64,000 bases of DNA, taken from Gammaproteobacteria bacterium. GTDB lineage: Bacteria > Pseudomonadota > Gammaproteobacteria > Arenicellales > JAJDZL01. Made by a program: the position numbers and the translations under genes. The number at the start of each line of letters is the position of its first letter. Within the stretch, counting starts at the first letter, position 1. Below, one piece after another: positions 1 to 9,472 of this stretch. The stretch spans positions 281 to 64,280 of the forward strand of contig JAJDXD010000116.1 of the NCBI GenBank assembly GCA_022823405.1, written 5' to 3'. The notes under the pieces were generated by a model. That model worked only from the letters and a program-made list of their open reading frames with translations. It was not told where the DNA came from and did not search any database.

Positions 1-38
1 AGAGATTGGCTCAAAAGCCAGTTAAGAACAATTCGAGA

Positions 39-1019
39 TTACCGGTCCTCAACCAAAACCCCCGAATACAGCTCTCGGGTTTGCTCAACGAATTCGGTCG
101 GCACGACTATGCGGGTGATCATTGAGAGTAGCTGTTCGGTCGCTGGGAGAGCCAGTGATAGAGCTTTGTCTGCACGTCGGTATTCTTGCTCCTCAATACA
201 CAATTTTCGATTCCAAAAGACGCCATCTATATGTAGCAGGTCTTTTTTTTGTTCTTCCGAAAGCGGTTGGCCGCGTGGTGTTCCATTTACAGAATAATTT
301 GCCGTAATTCTCCATTCGCGTTGTCTGTAATATGTGAGCGGTTGGTCGACATGCTCATCGTCGGTCGGATAGAACAGAGACTGTAATATGGAAAGCACTC
401 CGATCATTGCTTGGAAAGGTGCATTCTCAAATGTAAGATACGCTAGCATGTCCCGAATTGAACCCAAAGGAATTTTGAACTCTTGGATAGTGCCTCGCGA
501 CTCGTCGCCATTTATAAGAGTGGCTACGCAGTCATCAGCGAAGTAGGTTGCATTAGGGTATTGCTTTTGCAAGTGCTCTATGTCTGTGTGCTGGTAGAGA
601 TTGATTAGGCTCCTTAGAGTGTGTTCAATGTGGCCGAGGTGGCTCACAGTGATCGGGCCTAGAAGCGCTAGGTGATCGTTCTCTGACAACGCTTGGGGCA
701 TGTAAATGACCGGCAAGGCACCTGCTCGTCGCAAGGCAGTGACATTGAACTCGATTGCATATGGGCCGAACTGCTCAGAATGCGCTGGTAACTCATGTCG
801 TTGAAGCTCCGTGAAGCAAATTCGCTGTTGTAGGAGGCGAATCGGAGTTGAACTGCCGATACTGACAGGAGCAGTCCATTCAACAATCTCGGGAGCGAGA
901 ATAAAGCCTGTACGCCGGATCGCGCGAAGGATTCTCCAGCCCCGTTCAGCCAATTCTCGACTAGTCTCACTGGTGCGAGGTCTTGGAAAGCTGTGGTAGA
1001 AGAACGTGGGAGTCATCAA
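39..1019 (-). CDS. AbiGi/DUF2971-like abortive-infection family protein (326 aa)
   Basis: ORF track. The motifs FFYHSFPR (N-terminus), ICFTE...FGPYAIEF...GALPVIY (centre) and REWRI match my recollection of the AbiGi (PF10899)/DUF2971 pattern. An AAGGA Shine-Dalgarno lies 7 nt before TTG(1019) and 10 nt before ATG(1016). The gene sits directly downstream of, and co-oriented with, the helicase-nuclease gene. Confidence 0.55.
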   Translation of the reverse strand: MMTPTFFYHSFPRPRTSETSRELAERGWRILRAIRRTGFILAPEIVEWTAPVSIGSSTPIRLLQQRICFTELQRHELPAHSEQFGPYAIEFNVTALRRAGALPVIYMPQALSENDHLALLGPITVSHLGHIEHTLRSLINLYQHTDIEHLQKQYPNATYFADDCVATLINGDESRGTIQEFKIPLGSIRDMLAYLTFENAPFQAMIGVLSILQSLFYPTDDEHVDQPLTYYRQREWRITANYSVNGTPRGQPLSEEQKKDLLHIDGVFWNRKLCIEEQEYRRADKALSLALPATEQLLSMITRIVVPTEFVEQTRELYSGVLVEDR

Positions 1020-1232
1020 AAACGAATCCTTAGATGTAGGACTACAATTTGGATAATTCCAAATTCAGAATTATCCGTAGTGGCATATCTCCCTGTAGTA
1101 ATCCCTTGTCTTCCGGGATTTGCACGCATTCTGACCATCTGATTAGGAACGGTTGGATCCCAATCAAAAACTACTTTTGTATCTATTGCTTCAACCATTG
1201 GGTGACGGGATTAATTTCTCACGACAGGCGCG

Positions 1233-4200
1233 CTAATAGATTTCATAGTGATGTGACGAAAATCGATTCCCAGTATCTGTACGCAATCTATCGGTGCGTA
1301 TGTCTTCAATTACGGATTCAATTTTTTCCTGACTAATTCCGCCCAAATCGTCAGTCGTGATTAAATGATCAAACAATCCTTGGCATTTGTAGTCCGATAA
1401 TCGTTTCTGCCAGTCTTTGAAATATTTGCGCACATCAAGCATTCCCAAGTGTTCCCAAAATACTGTTCTTCCATTCTGTAGTTCTATCGTGAAATCCGGA
1501 TGGATATCGTACTCGCGTTGGTCCAGCTGAAGTTTTCTCTCATATTCAAACCGCAGTCCGCTGCGATCAAGTGCTTGGTAGATAATGTATTCGACTCGAG
1601 ACTTTACGGGCTTGCCGTGAGGGTCAGGCATTAACCGATTCCTAGAATCAACAGGTGTTTTGAAAATTGAACTTTTTCGTCCTAGCAAATGTGAGACGTT
1701 TCGAAATTTCCATAGCGGGTTTTCACCTATTTCATCACCATCGTCTTGGAGAAATAGAAACAGTCGGAATTTAGACCGGGTGAGAGCGGTATATAGGAGT
1801 TCCCTTGAAAGCAGCGAACTCTTCTTTGGGACAATGAGAAACACATTTCTGAATTCGCTGCCCTGTGCCCGGTGAACGGAGATCGCGTAGGATAGTTCGT
1901 AATCCTCTTCGTTGCCTACCCACTTTCGAGTTCGTTCTAGCTCTTTGAAGTAATATTTTCTATTTTGTTTATCGCCGTTACATATTCCTATAGCACCATT
2001 GGGTAGAATTAACTCTCTGTTTCCTCCTCTACCCGTATACCAGTTATTCGTCCTGATAATTTTGTCAGAATGATAAAACTGCGATAGTTCGGACGAATAT
2101 TTTGGTCTTTCTCGATAATTCTCTTGAATAAACTTGTTTAGGCCCAATGCTCCGTAAAATCCGCTTCGGTAAGGAGTGAGCAGTTGCAGCGCTTCCAAAT
2201 GCAGACGCTCTTTGAATTCATAATTCTGGTTGTTAACATAACCGTTTTCGTACAACCCGAAAAGGAGATTGAGTGCTGTGAAGTCTTCAATATCGTTTGG
2301 AATGCTTTCTTCTTTTTCAAATAGATCTGCTATTGCTGCCATAATCGAATTTCTTAGTGACTCTGAATCCGACCAACGATCAATGAACAGGCCATCACTT
2401 GCCCATCCAGTACCATTCAGCAGGTCGAAAGCCGGTTCGAAATAGCGGTGTTTGTCGGTAAAAGCTTCGGCAAGCATGAGAATATTTGAGTCATTTTCTT
2501 GTCGGCAGTTCGAGTTGAGGTTGATGTAATGATGCGGAAAATATTTATCTTTGGACAGTACAAATTCAATGATGTCACGGAATGGTTTTCCGAATCCAAT
2601 AGGAGGGAGTTGGTTTTCGTCACCAACCATGATGATTCGCTTTGGGTATTTATCTGAAATTTTTATTAACGAAAAGAGCGTGTGTAATTTTTCTAAATCG
2701 ATCATGGAGCATTCATCTATGATCAAGTTCTCCACACTAATTTTCTCTGACTCTGATACAGTCTCCAGTTTTCTACGACCGCTCATCACATCGTAAAATT
2801 TTCTGTTTAAAAATCTATCGATCGTATCTGCTGTGACATCACTCATCTGTGTGTAATTTCGGATACTTTCGGTAAGGCGTAGAGCGGCTTTACCGGTGGG
2901 AGCGAGAACGATCACCTGTTCCGGCAAACTGTTTAAACGCTCCGCTACAAGACTAGTTTCGAATGTCTTGCCCGAACCAGGTTTTCCGGTAAGAAGATAA
3001 ATTGATTTTTTAAAGACATTTCCAAACAGTGTCTGCCGTTCCTCCCGGAATAAATCTTCATCAAAGTTTTCAATTACGATTTTCTCTAACGATTCTTCAA
3101 TGTACTGATCGACTTCAAACTCAACCTCACAATAATCGTCTCTTTCAACTAATTGACGAATTACTCGCTTGATATTTTGTTCAGCTTCATAGATTTTCTT
3201 GAGGTAGTAGTAACTGACATCGTCTTTTTGAAATATCTGCAATTTCTCAACAAAATGGCTTTTGTAGTCACTCTCTAGATTGACGAGCCCATGCTCGTCA
3301 ATCCTCACTTCATCAAGCTTGTAGATTAACGGATTCTCTTTAATATGGTCAATAAGATTCTGGATCAGATCGTAGCAATGTCCTGATGTTCCAACGTGAT
3401 TCAAATGATTAATGAAAACCGAGCGAATGCGTTGCGGACTATCCTCGGTTAAATTCTGTAATTTGCGGTGACGTTTCACATACCGCCGGTCCGGAATCAT
3501 GCCTACGTCTAACTTGTATATGTCAATTGGTTCATCCTGTAGCATTGGAATATCGAGGTCGTTCTCAGTTGCTATGTATTCCTCATACAGAACGTAAGGA
3601 TTTCCAGAGACTTCTTGCAATAAATGCCTATTGGCGACAATCCGTTCTACCTGGTGTGAAGTTAAGTTAAATAATGAAAGACGCGCCAGTCCTGCTTTGT
3701 TCCTTTTAAACAGACGGTTTTCCGCCAGATCTTGGAGTTCATCCCTGAATTCTTCAAGTTCCGAAGGTATGTCCTCGTCTTCGATACGATCGAACAAATA
3801 ACTTAAGTCACGATCAGGACTGGTGAGACGAATCATGCACTCGGCGAGTCTATTAACACCGTTTTCAGTACCAAGGAAAAATTCTAGAACCTTTCCTAGA
3901 CTGGGATACACTGTTCTAGTCTGCCAAACTGATTCGATTAACTGATCGATGCGTTTTTGCTCCTCAAGAAAGTCACTGTCAACTACTGAATAATTGTGCT
4001 CAACGATTTTCTTGATCGATTTGCGTAGTTTGTATAGTAGATAGAGGCACTTATCATCGTCAATTTCCATCGCTACGTACTTGAATGCACCGATAAGTGA
4101 ATCCTCCTCTATCACGACCTTCATATCATCAAGTTTATTCGCATCCTCAGGATATTTTTCAGCATATTCAATGTATTCCCTGTAAGGTAAGAATACGGCA

Positions 4201-4880
4201 CTGTCCGGATCGTGGGTAAACTGAAGAGCCCAGTTCATTGTTGGAAAATTCTTCATTGATTTGGCTCCACCGTTCACGCGGTTCCCGCTATCTCTCCACT
4301 TCTCCAATGCCTCCTTGATGAAAGGAAAATTTTTTGTGTCTGGGAGTTCGGAGATTAGTGAACAACCTACCAACAGATACTTTTGTTCGTCTGCTGTTAC
4401 CGGATTGTCATAGTTCGCATAGAAGAAGATGACACTCTGCTTGGGTGTAAATAAATCGATAAATCTGCTTATGCGTGAGTTCAGATCTGGCGGATATTTG
4501 CCATGTTTGTATTTATTTTGGGGGTTGTGAACAAAAGAGAGTTTGAACGGCCAAGTGAATACTGAGTATGGCTTCACTTTGTCCAGAATCGAAGGAATTG
4601 GTTGCCTTTCAGTACTTAAAGGATGAGGATGTTCGACCTTGAAACTTTTTGAACTGCAGGCATTAATGCTCCAAAAACAGGGTGGTACGGAATCAGGGTT
4701 AAAATTTTTAGAGACAAATTCGCCTCTGTGTTTATGTTCAAGTTCTGTATCCTTATTCTTCTCAATCCTTCCGGACAGTAATGAGTGTTCTCCAGTGCAG
4801 TACGTATTCGAACGAGGATCAGAGCATACGCGGCCATTCCAACCACTATCATGCCATGCTAAGCGGACAGTCAAATGCAT
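1233..4880 (-). CDS. SF1 (RecD/AAA_30-type) helicase fused to a C-terminal Vsr/DUF559-like PD-(D/E)xK endonuclease, with a ~620-aa unassigned N-terminal region (1215 aa)
   Basis: Helicase motifs: Walker A GKPGSGKT (nt 2964-2987), Walker B IIDECSMID, MVGDENQLPPIG, and SVHRAQGSEF...LLYTALTRSK (UvrD_C_2-type). The C-terminal core is IHPDFTIEL...VFWEHLG. The N-terminus starts LAWHDSGWNGRVC and I do not recognise it. Confidence 0.8.
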   Translation of the reverse strand: MHLTVRLAWHDSGWNGRVCSDPRSNTYCTGEHSLLSGRIEKNKDTELEHKHRGEFVSKNFNPDSVPPCFWSINACSSKSFKVEHPHPLSTERQPIPSILDKVKPYSVFTWPFKLSFVHNPQNKYKHGKYPPDLNSRISRFIDLFTPKQSVIFFYANYDNPVTADEQKYLLVGCSLISELPDTKNFPFIKEALEKWRDSGNRVNGGAKSMKNFPTMNWALQFTHDPDSAVFLPYREYIEYAEKYPEDANKLDDMKVVIEEDSLIGAFKYVAMEIDDDKCLYLLYKLRKSIKKIVEHNYSVVDSDFLEEQKRIDQLIESVWQTRTVYPSLGKVLEFFLGTENGVNRLAECMIRLTSPDRDLSYLFDRIEDEDIPSELEEFRDELQDLAENRLFKRNKAGLARLSLFNLTSHQVERIVANRHLLQEVSGNPYVLYEEYIATENDLDIPMLQDEPIDIYKLDVGMIPDRRYVKRHRKLQNLTEDSPQRIRSVFINHLNHVGTSGHCYDLIQNLIDHIKENPLIYKLDEVRIDEHGLVNLESDYKSHFVEKLQIFQKDDVSYYYLKKIYEAEQNIKRVIRQLVERDDYCEVEFEVDQYIEESLEKIVIENFDEDLFREERQTLFGNVFKKSIYLLTGKPGSGKTFETSLVAERLNSLPEQVIVLAPTGKAALRLTESIRNYTQMSDVTADTIDRFLNRKFYDVMSGRRKLETVSESEKISVENLIIDECSMIDLEKLHTLFSLIKISDKYPKRIIMVGDENQLPPIGFGKPFRDIIEFVLSKDKYFPHHYINLNSNCRQENDSNILMLAEAFTDKHRYFEPAFDLLNGTGWASDGLFIDRWSDSESLRNSIMAAIADLFEKEESIPNDIEDFTALNLLFGLYENGYVNNQNYEFKERLHLEALQLLTPYRSGFYGALGLNKFIQENYRERPKYSSELSQFYHSDKIIRTNNWYTGRGGNRELILPNGAIGICNGDKQNRKYYFKELERTRKWVGNEEDYELSYAISVHRAQGSEFRNVFLIVPKKSSLLSRELLYTALTRSKFRLFLFLQDDGDEIGENPLWKFRNVSHLLGRKSSIFKTPVDSRNRLMPDPHGKPVKSRVEYIIYQALDRSGLRFEYERKLQLDQREYDIHPDFTIELQNGRTVFWEHLGMLDVRKYFKDWQKRLSDYKCQGLFDHLITTDDLGGISQEKIESVIEDIRTDRLRTDTGNRFSSHHYEIY

Positions 4881-5445
4881 TTTTTGTAAATCTTTGTATT
4901 ACTGAATAGCATTATTGGTTGGAAAGTTATATTTCACTTTGATTTCGGCAAGAAAAAACTAATTTGAATACTAATGTGAACCCGAATTCCACACCGTGAT
5001 CGTATGCACGGATGCGCGCAAAAACGCTATACGAAAGTCAAGAAGATGTACGAGCCGTCCATGAGAGTTATAACCGAGATCGTTCGATCCTCGAATGATC
5101 TACTATGTGCTCTACGCAGAATGCGACAGGTAATCTGGTATTGCATGTGCGATAGGGGTTATTCGATTTGACGGATTTTGTAGTACGAATAAAATTGCGA
5201 CTGGTAGTCGACCGGGATTTCGGAATTGGGAATCAGTTTGTTATACAAAAATAAAATGGAATTGACTTTTCTCTCGCCACGGATTGACAGCTCACCAAAT
5301 TCGATACTGTTGAGTTGGCCTATCAAGTGAGGTTATTGGAGACACTGCTGTCCGGTAAAGCCCTCGCGACGCACTGAGTGCTTTAAAGACTTGCTCAAAT
5401 ATAATTCAGAGAGCAAATTAAATTTTTTTTTGTCCGGCAACCAGA

Positions 5446-5865
5446 TCAGGATTCGACCGGTAGGTTTTCTTTAGTCCAGGCTGCCATTCCGCCGTGAAGT
5501 GTACGAATATTCGTAAACCCGTTCTTCTTGAGAATACTGGCTGCTTTAGCGCTTCTGTTGCCTACTCTGCAGCAAACTACAACCGGTCGAGACTTAAACT
5601 TGCTGATTGTTTGGATGTCAGAGTCAAGACGGCTGATTGGAACATTGCGCGCCTTGGCAATATGACTGCTAGCAAATTCTTTCGCATCGGATACATCAAG
5701 AATCACAATTTTCTCATCGCGCATGACTCTTGGCAGTTCATCAGCACTGACCGAACGAATCCCACCTCGCCGCGCACGAAGCGGTTCAAAGGCCAGTAGC
5801 GCAATGATTGCAAACAGTGCAAGAAACAGGTGCCAGTTGAGCTTTACAAATTCAAGGTACATCAC
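5446..5865 (-). CDS. Membrane-anchored rhodanese-domain protein (YibN/GlpE-like sulfurtransferase)
   Basis: N-terminal hydrophobic helix. Rhodanese active-site loop CCRVGNRS. Length 139 aa. Divergent from envC, as yibN is in E. coli. Confidence 0.8.
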   Translation of the reverse strand: MMYLEFVKLNWHLFLALFAIIALLAFEPLRARRGGIRSVSADELPRVMRDEKIVILDVSDAKEFASSHIAKARNVPISRLDSDIQTISKFKSRPVVVCCRVGNRSAKAASILKKNGFTNIRTLHGGMAAWTKENLPVES

Positions 5866-5940
5866 TGTCTTTCAGGCTAGCTAGGTCGATTATCAATGCT
5901 AGAATTGGATTTGCAAACAATAAACACAAATCGGAAGACT

Positions 5941-7062
5941 ATGAGAAATTCACTACCCCGGCTACATACAGTGTCTGCCGTACTTTTGTTAAGCACAACC
6001 TTGTTAGCCAGTTCAGCAATTGGGCAAACTGATTATAGCGGAGACATTGCCCAAGTGCGTTTGCAAATCGTGGAAATTCAAACTGAATCAGGCGAATTGG
6101 CAAAAAAAGTCAAGCAAGTTTCAGAAGAGCTTTCTGAGATCAACGAGCAGATAGCGGCAACCGAAGAGAAAAAACGTAACGCTCTGGACTCACTGAAGGA
6201 GAAAGACCTGACTCAACAGGATTCACGCCGCGCCAAATTCATTCAACTGAAGGAATACGAACAGCGCACGATCGCGATTCAAGTGGTCATGCCTGTATAT
6301 ATGCAAATGACGAATCACGATAATCTAACAATCGCGATTCGAGACAATGACGTCAATAGCCTGTCACGGTCGCAGGCATACCTGCGATACCTCACAAAGA
6401 GCCAATTGAGTCTTATAGAAGAGCTTCATCGATCGATGGACACCACGGTCGGTGACAACTCCGATGCTGCAAAGCTCGTTTTGCATACAACAGACCTGAA
6501 AAATCAGCTAGCCAAACAAAAAGCGGTCAGATCAGAGATTAAGCAGCGGCTTGATGTGCTGGAAACACGACAAGTCACACTGGCTGCGAAGCTTGACCAA
6601 CTGCGCGACGAGGAAGAACTGCTCACCAGCAACCAGGTAACGATCAGCAAAAAGGCAATCGCTCAAACCGTCAGCAGCCAGGTCATTAAGCTCCAACCGC
6701 CCATTGATGCACCGATTCGGCGCAAGTTTGGAGAGCCAAAAAATTCTTCTGGCAGTCGCTGGAACGGACTACTCTATCAAGCCAAAGCGGGTCAAGGTGT
6801 CAAGGCGCCAGCAGCAGGTGTAGTCAAGTTTGCGAAAGATCACAAGACTCTAGGCAAACTTCTCATCATTGACCATGGAAACAACCTATACACGCTATTT
6901 GCGCACAATGATCATCTCGAGGTCAAATTTGGTGAGCTGGTCGTTGTTGGACAAACCATAGCCAAAGCAGGTCAGACTGGCAACTTGAATGACCCAGCGC
7001 TCTATTTCGAGTTGCGTGTAAATGGAGAACCGGTGGACCCACTGCTGTGGATTGATGGTTAG
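5941..7062 (+). CDS. envC: Murein hydrolase activator EnvC-like (coiled coil plus M23/LytM domain)
   Basis: Signal peptide follows ATG 5941 (MRNSLPRLHTVSAVLLLSTTLLASSA). A long coiled coil is followed by a C-terminal LytM region, LIIDHGNNLYTLFAHN...ALYFELRVNGEPVDP. The ORF track start at 5896 is possible but lacks the signal-peptide context. Confidence 0.75.
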   Translation: MRNSLPRLHTVSAVLLLSTTLLASSAIGQTDYSGDIAQVRLQIVEIQTESGELAKKVKQVSEELSEINEQIAATEEKKRNALDSLKEKDLTQQDSRRAKFIQLKEYEQRTIAIQVVMPVYMQMTNHDNLTIAIRDNDVNSLSRSQAYLRYLTKSQLSLIEELHRSMDTTVGDNSDAAKLVLHTTDLKNQLAKQKAVRSEIKQRLDVLETRQVTLAAKLDQLRDEEELLTSNQVTISKKAIAQTVSSQVIKLQPPIDAPIRRKFGEPKNSSGSRWNGLLYQAKAGQGVKAPAAGVVKFAKDHKTLGKLLIIDHGNNLYTLFAHNDHLEVKFGELVVVGQTIAKAGQTGNLNDPALYFELRVNGEPVDPLLWIDG

Positions 7063-7089
7063 CGCGATCGTAGTGGTCAGACTGATCTT

Positions 7090-8226
7090 TCAGTCGATGC
7101 CGACCAAAGTTTCCTGCACGATAAACTTCACTACATCCAATAAAGCAAGGGCCTCCGGTCGACCTGACTCCAAGGAGGCATTGTAGACATCTATCTGTCG
7201 GTGAGCGCTTGTACCTCGCTCGAGAATGGTACGAATATGTGCAACTTCATCGACACAGCCCAAAGCCTTTGCGTCCACCTCGGTAAGTTCAATCAACTCT
7301 TCCACAAGTTCTTTGAGACTGACTATTTCGCGTCGGCCAAAGTCAATTAGCCCGGTATCTATACCATAACGCTGTGCTCGCCAGCGATTTTCCTTGATGA
7401 GAAAATCTGAGTAAGCCCGCCAGCGCTGGTTCTTCATTTTCAAACGGTTGAGCATGCTTAACCAGCACCGATAAACAGCCGCAACTGCGATCGTATCATC
7501 GATGTTGGTGCACATGTCACAGATTCGCAGCTCCAGTGTCGGATAACGCCAACTTGGTCGTAAATCCCACCAGATTTTTGTGGCATCCTCAATCACACCA
7601 CAATGCACCAGCACGTCGACATGTTTCATGTAGTCAGCATAGCTGTTGAATACTGGGGGTAGCCGAGTTCGTGGAAGCTGATCGAAAACGGATACACGGT
7701 AAGACTTAAGTCCGGTGTTTTCGCCTCTCCAAAATGGGGATGAAGTCGTCAGTGACAGCAAGTGCGGGATGAAATAACTCGCCTGGTTCATCAGGTCGAT
7801 GCGCAACTCGTCATTCGAGATGCCTACATGGACATGCATGCCACTGATGTAGAGTCGTTCCACAACATGTCGCAGTTCTTCAGCTAGATGAAGATAGCGT
7901 TCATCGTCGGTCAGTTGGGTTAAACCATAGGAAAAGGGGTGCGTCGATGCAGCCATCAGGAGACAGTCATGATTTCTGGCAATTCGCGAAACGGTGGCAC
8001 GAAGCCTGGCCAGATCCTCTCGCACTTCCTGCATGGAATAACAGACCTTTGTGCCGACTTCAATCTGGCATTGCAGAAACTCCTTGGCAACCTGAGAACC
8101 AAGTTCTTCCGTGCACTCTCTCATCAGATCTGGAGGCATCTGTGCCACCAGATTCATGGTGGCAATGTCAACAATCAGGTATTCTTCTTCAATACCAACT
8201 GTAAAAGGTTCTGAGTTGGTCATCAC
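7090..8226 (-). CDS. ybdK: Carboxylate-amine ligase, YbdK/GCS2 family
   Basis: N-terminal FTVGIEEEYLIVD and GMHVHVG motifs typical of glutamate-cysteine ligase family 2. Length 378 aa. Confidence 0.8.
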   Translation of the reverse strand: MMTNSEPFTVGIEEEYLIVDIATMNLVAQMPPDLMRECTEELGSQVAKEFLQCQIEVGTKVCYSMQEVREDLARLRATVSRIARNHDCLLMAASTHPFSYGLTQLTDDERYLHLAEELRHVVERLYISGMHVHVGISNDELRIDLMNQASYFIPHLLSLTTSSPFWRGENTGLKSYRVSVFDQLPRTRLPPVFNSYADYMKHVDVLVHCGVIEDATKIWWDLRPSWRYPTLELRICDMCTNIDDTIAVAAVYRCWLSMLNRLKMKNQRWRAYSDFLIKENRWRAQRYGIDTGLIDFGRREIVSLKELVEELIELTEVDAKALGCVDEVAHIRTILERGTSAHRQIDVYNASLESGRPEALALLDVVKFIVQETLVGID

Positions 8227-8368
8227 GTCAACCCTATCATCCTTGACCTAAATCTTATTTCACAAAGTTTATATCAACTGTATGAATTCAAAGTTGAACT
8301 TTCAACAGTTCTTATAATTTGCCAAAACTCAATAGACTGTTTGACCGAAACAAAATCGAGGTGCCTGG

Positions 8369-9472
8369 ATGAGTCTGGACTTTCGTAGTGATACCGTAAC
8401 CCGACCGAGCGAAGCCATGCGTAAAGCAATGTATCGCGCCGAAGTGGGTGATGATGTTTATCGAGACGACAAAACGATCAACCGACTTCAGGATGTTATG
8501 GCCGAGCGTTTTGGTATGGAAGCCGGTCTTTTTGCAACCAGCGGCACTCAGGCGAATCTGGTTGCACTGATGGCTCACTGCCAACGCGGAGATGAATACA
8601 TTGCCGGCCAGCAGGCTCACACCTACAAATACGAAGGTGGTGGGGCTGCGGTACTTGGCAGCATTCAGCCGCAACCCATTGAATTCAGTGAAGATGGTTC
8701 AATTGATCTAGAAGCTGCCAGAGCGGCAATCAAACCAGATGATCCACACTTTGCCAACACCAAGCTGTTCTGCCTTGAAAATACCCATGCTGGCAAGGCA
8801 CTGTCAATGGATTACCTTAAAGAGGCTGAGCAGTTTGTGCAGTCAGAAAATCTTTCGTATCATCTTGACGGTGCGCGGGTGTATAACGCAGCCATATTTC
8901 ATAGTGTTGATGTCGCTGAAATAACTGCTCCATTTGACAGTTCAACCTGCTGTTTTTCAAAGGGGCTCGGTGCACCGATGGGCTCGGTGACTGTTGGCAC
9001 CCGTGAGTTCATTCAGGAAGCGCACCGCTGGAGAAAGTTGCTCGGTGGAGGCTTGCGACAGGCTGGAGTGGTTGCAGCCGCAGCACTCTACGCTATCGAC
9101 AACAACGTCGAAAGACTTGCTGAAGACCATGAAAATGCGAAGTGGATCGCTTATCAGCTTTCTCAAGTTGAAGAACTTGATGTGCGATATCACAAAATGC
9201 AGACCAATATGGTTTTTGTCTCAATGCCAGGGCACGACCCTCGTGCACTCGCGGCATACCTACTCGAGCGGGATGTCGTGATCACCCCCGGTGCTACAAC
9301 TCGAATTGTTACTCATTTGGATGTTGACCGCGAGGCCGGAAAAATCCTGGTCGACGGCATCAAGAATTACTTTGTCTCAATAGGATCAGGCCTTTCTGCG
9401 AGCAACCGAATCCGCGACTACACAGAGGATCTCGAACATCATGGTGGCACCTACCAGGGCAGTGTTGCCTGA
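8369..9472 (+). CDS. ltaE: Low-specificity L-threonine aldolase
   Basis: N-terminus DFRSDTVTRPSEAMRKAM...GDDVYRDD, then FCLENTH and FSKGLGAPMGS (PLP-lysine region). The 3' tail overlaps the convergent gene by 87 nt. Confidence 0.85.
   Translation: MSLDFRSDTVTRPSEAMRKAMYRAEVGDDVYRDDKTINRLQDVMAERFGMEAGLFATSGTQANLVALMAHCQRGDEYIAGQQAHTYKYEGGGAAVLGSIQPQPIEFSEDGSIDLEAARAAIKPDDPHFANTKLFCLENTHAGKALSMDYLKEAEQFVQSENLSYHLDGARVYNAAIFHSVDVAEITAPFDSSTCCFSKGLGAPMGSVTVGTREFIQEAHRWRKLLGGGLRQAGVVAAAALYAIDNNVERLAEDHENAKWIAYQLSQVEELDVRYHKMQTNMVFVSMPGHDPRALAAYLLERDVVITPGATTRIVTHLDVDREAGKILVDGIKNYFVSIGSGLSASNRIRDYTEDLEHHGGTYQGSVA

Noticed and set aside
1016-1198. A 60-aa ORF between the helicase-nuclease gene and the AbiGi-like gene, whose TGA overlaps the downstream ATG (TGATG)
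   Set aside because: It has no Shine-Dalgarno of its own. The strong AAGGA site of the downstream gene lies inside it. Its sequence has no recognisable features. The overlap is probably coincidental, and only conservation in homologous loci would rescue it.
5004-5171. A hand-traced 55-aa ORF in the island boundary, considered as a possible small regulator or antitoxin
   Set aside because: It has no Shine-Dalgarno, no HTH-like pattern and an odd Cys/Arg-rich composition. There is no supporting evidence.
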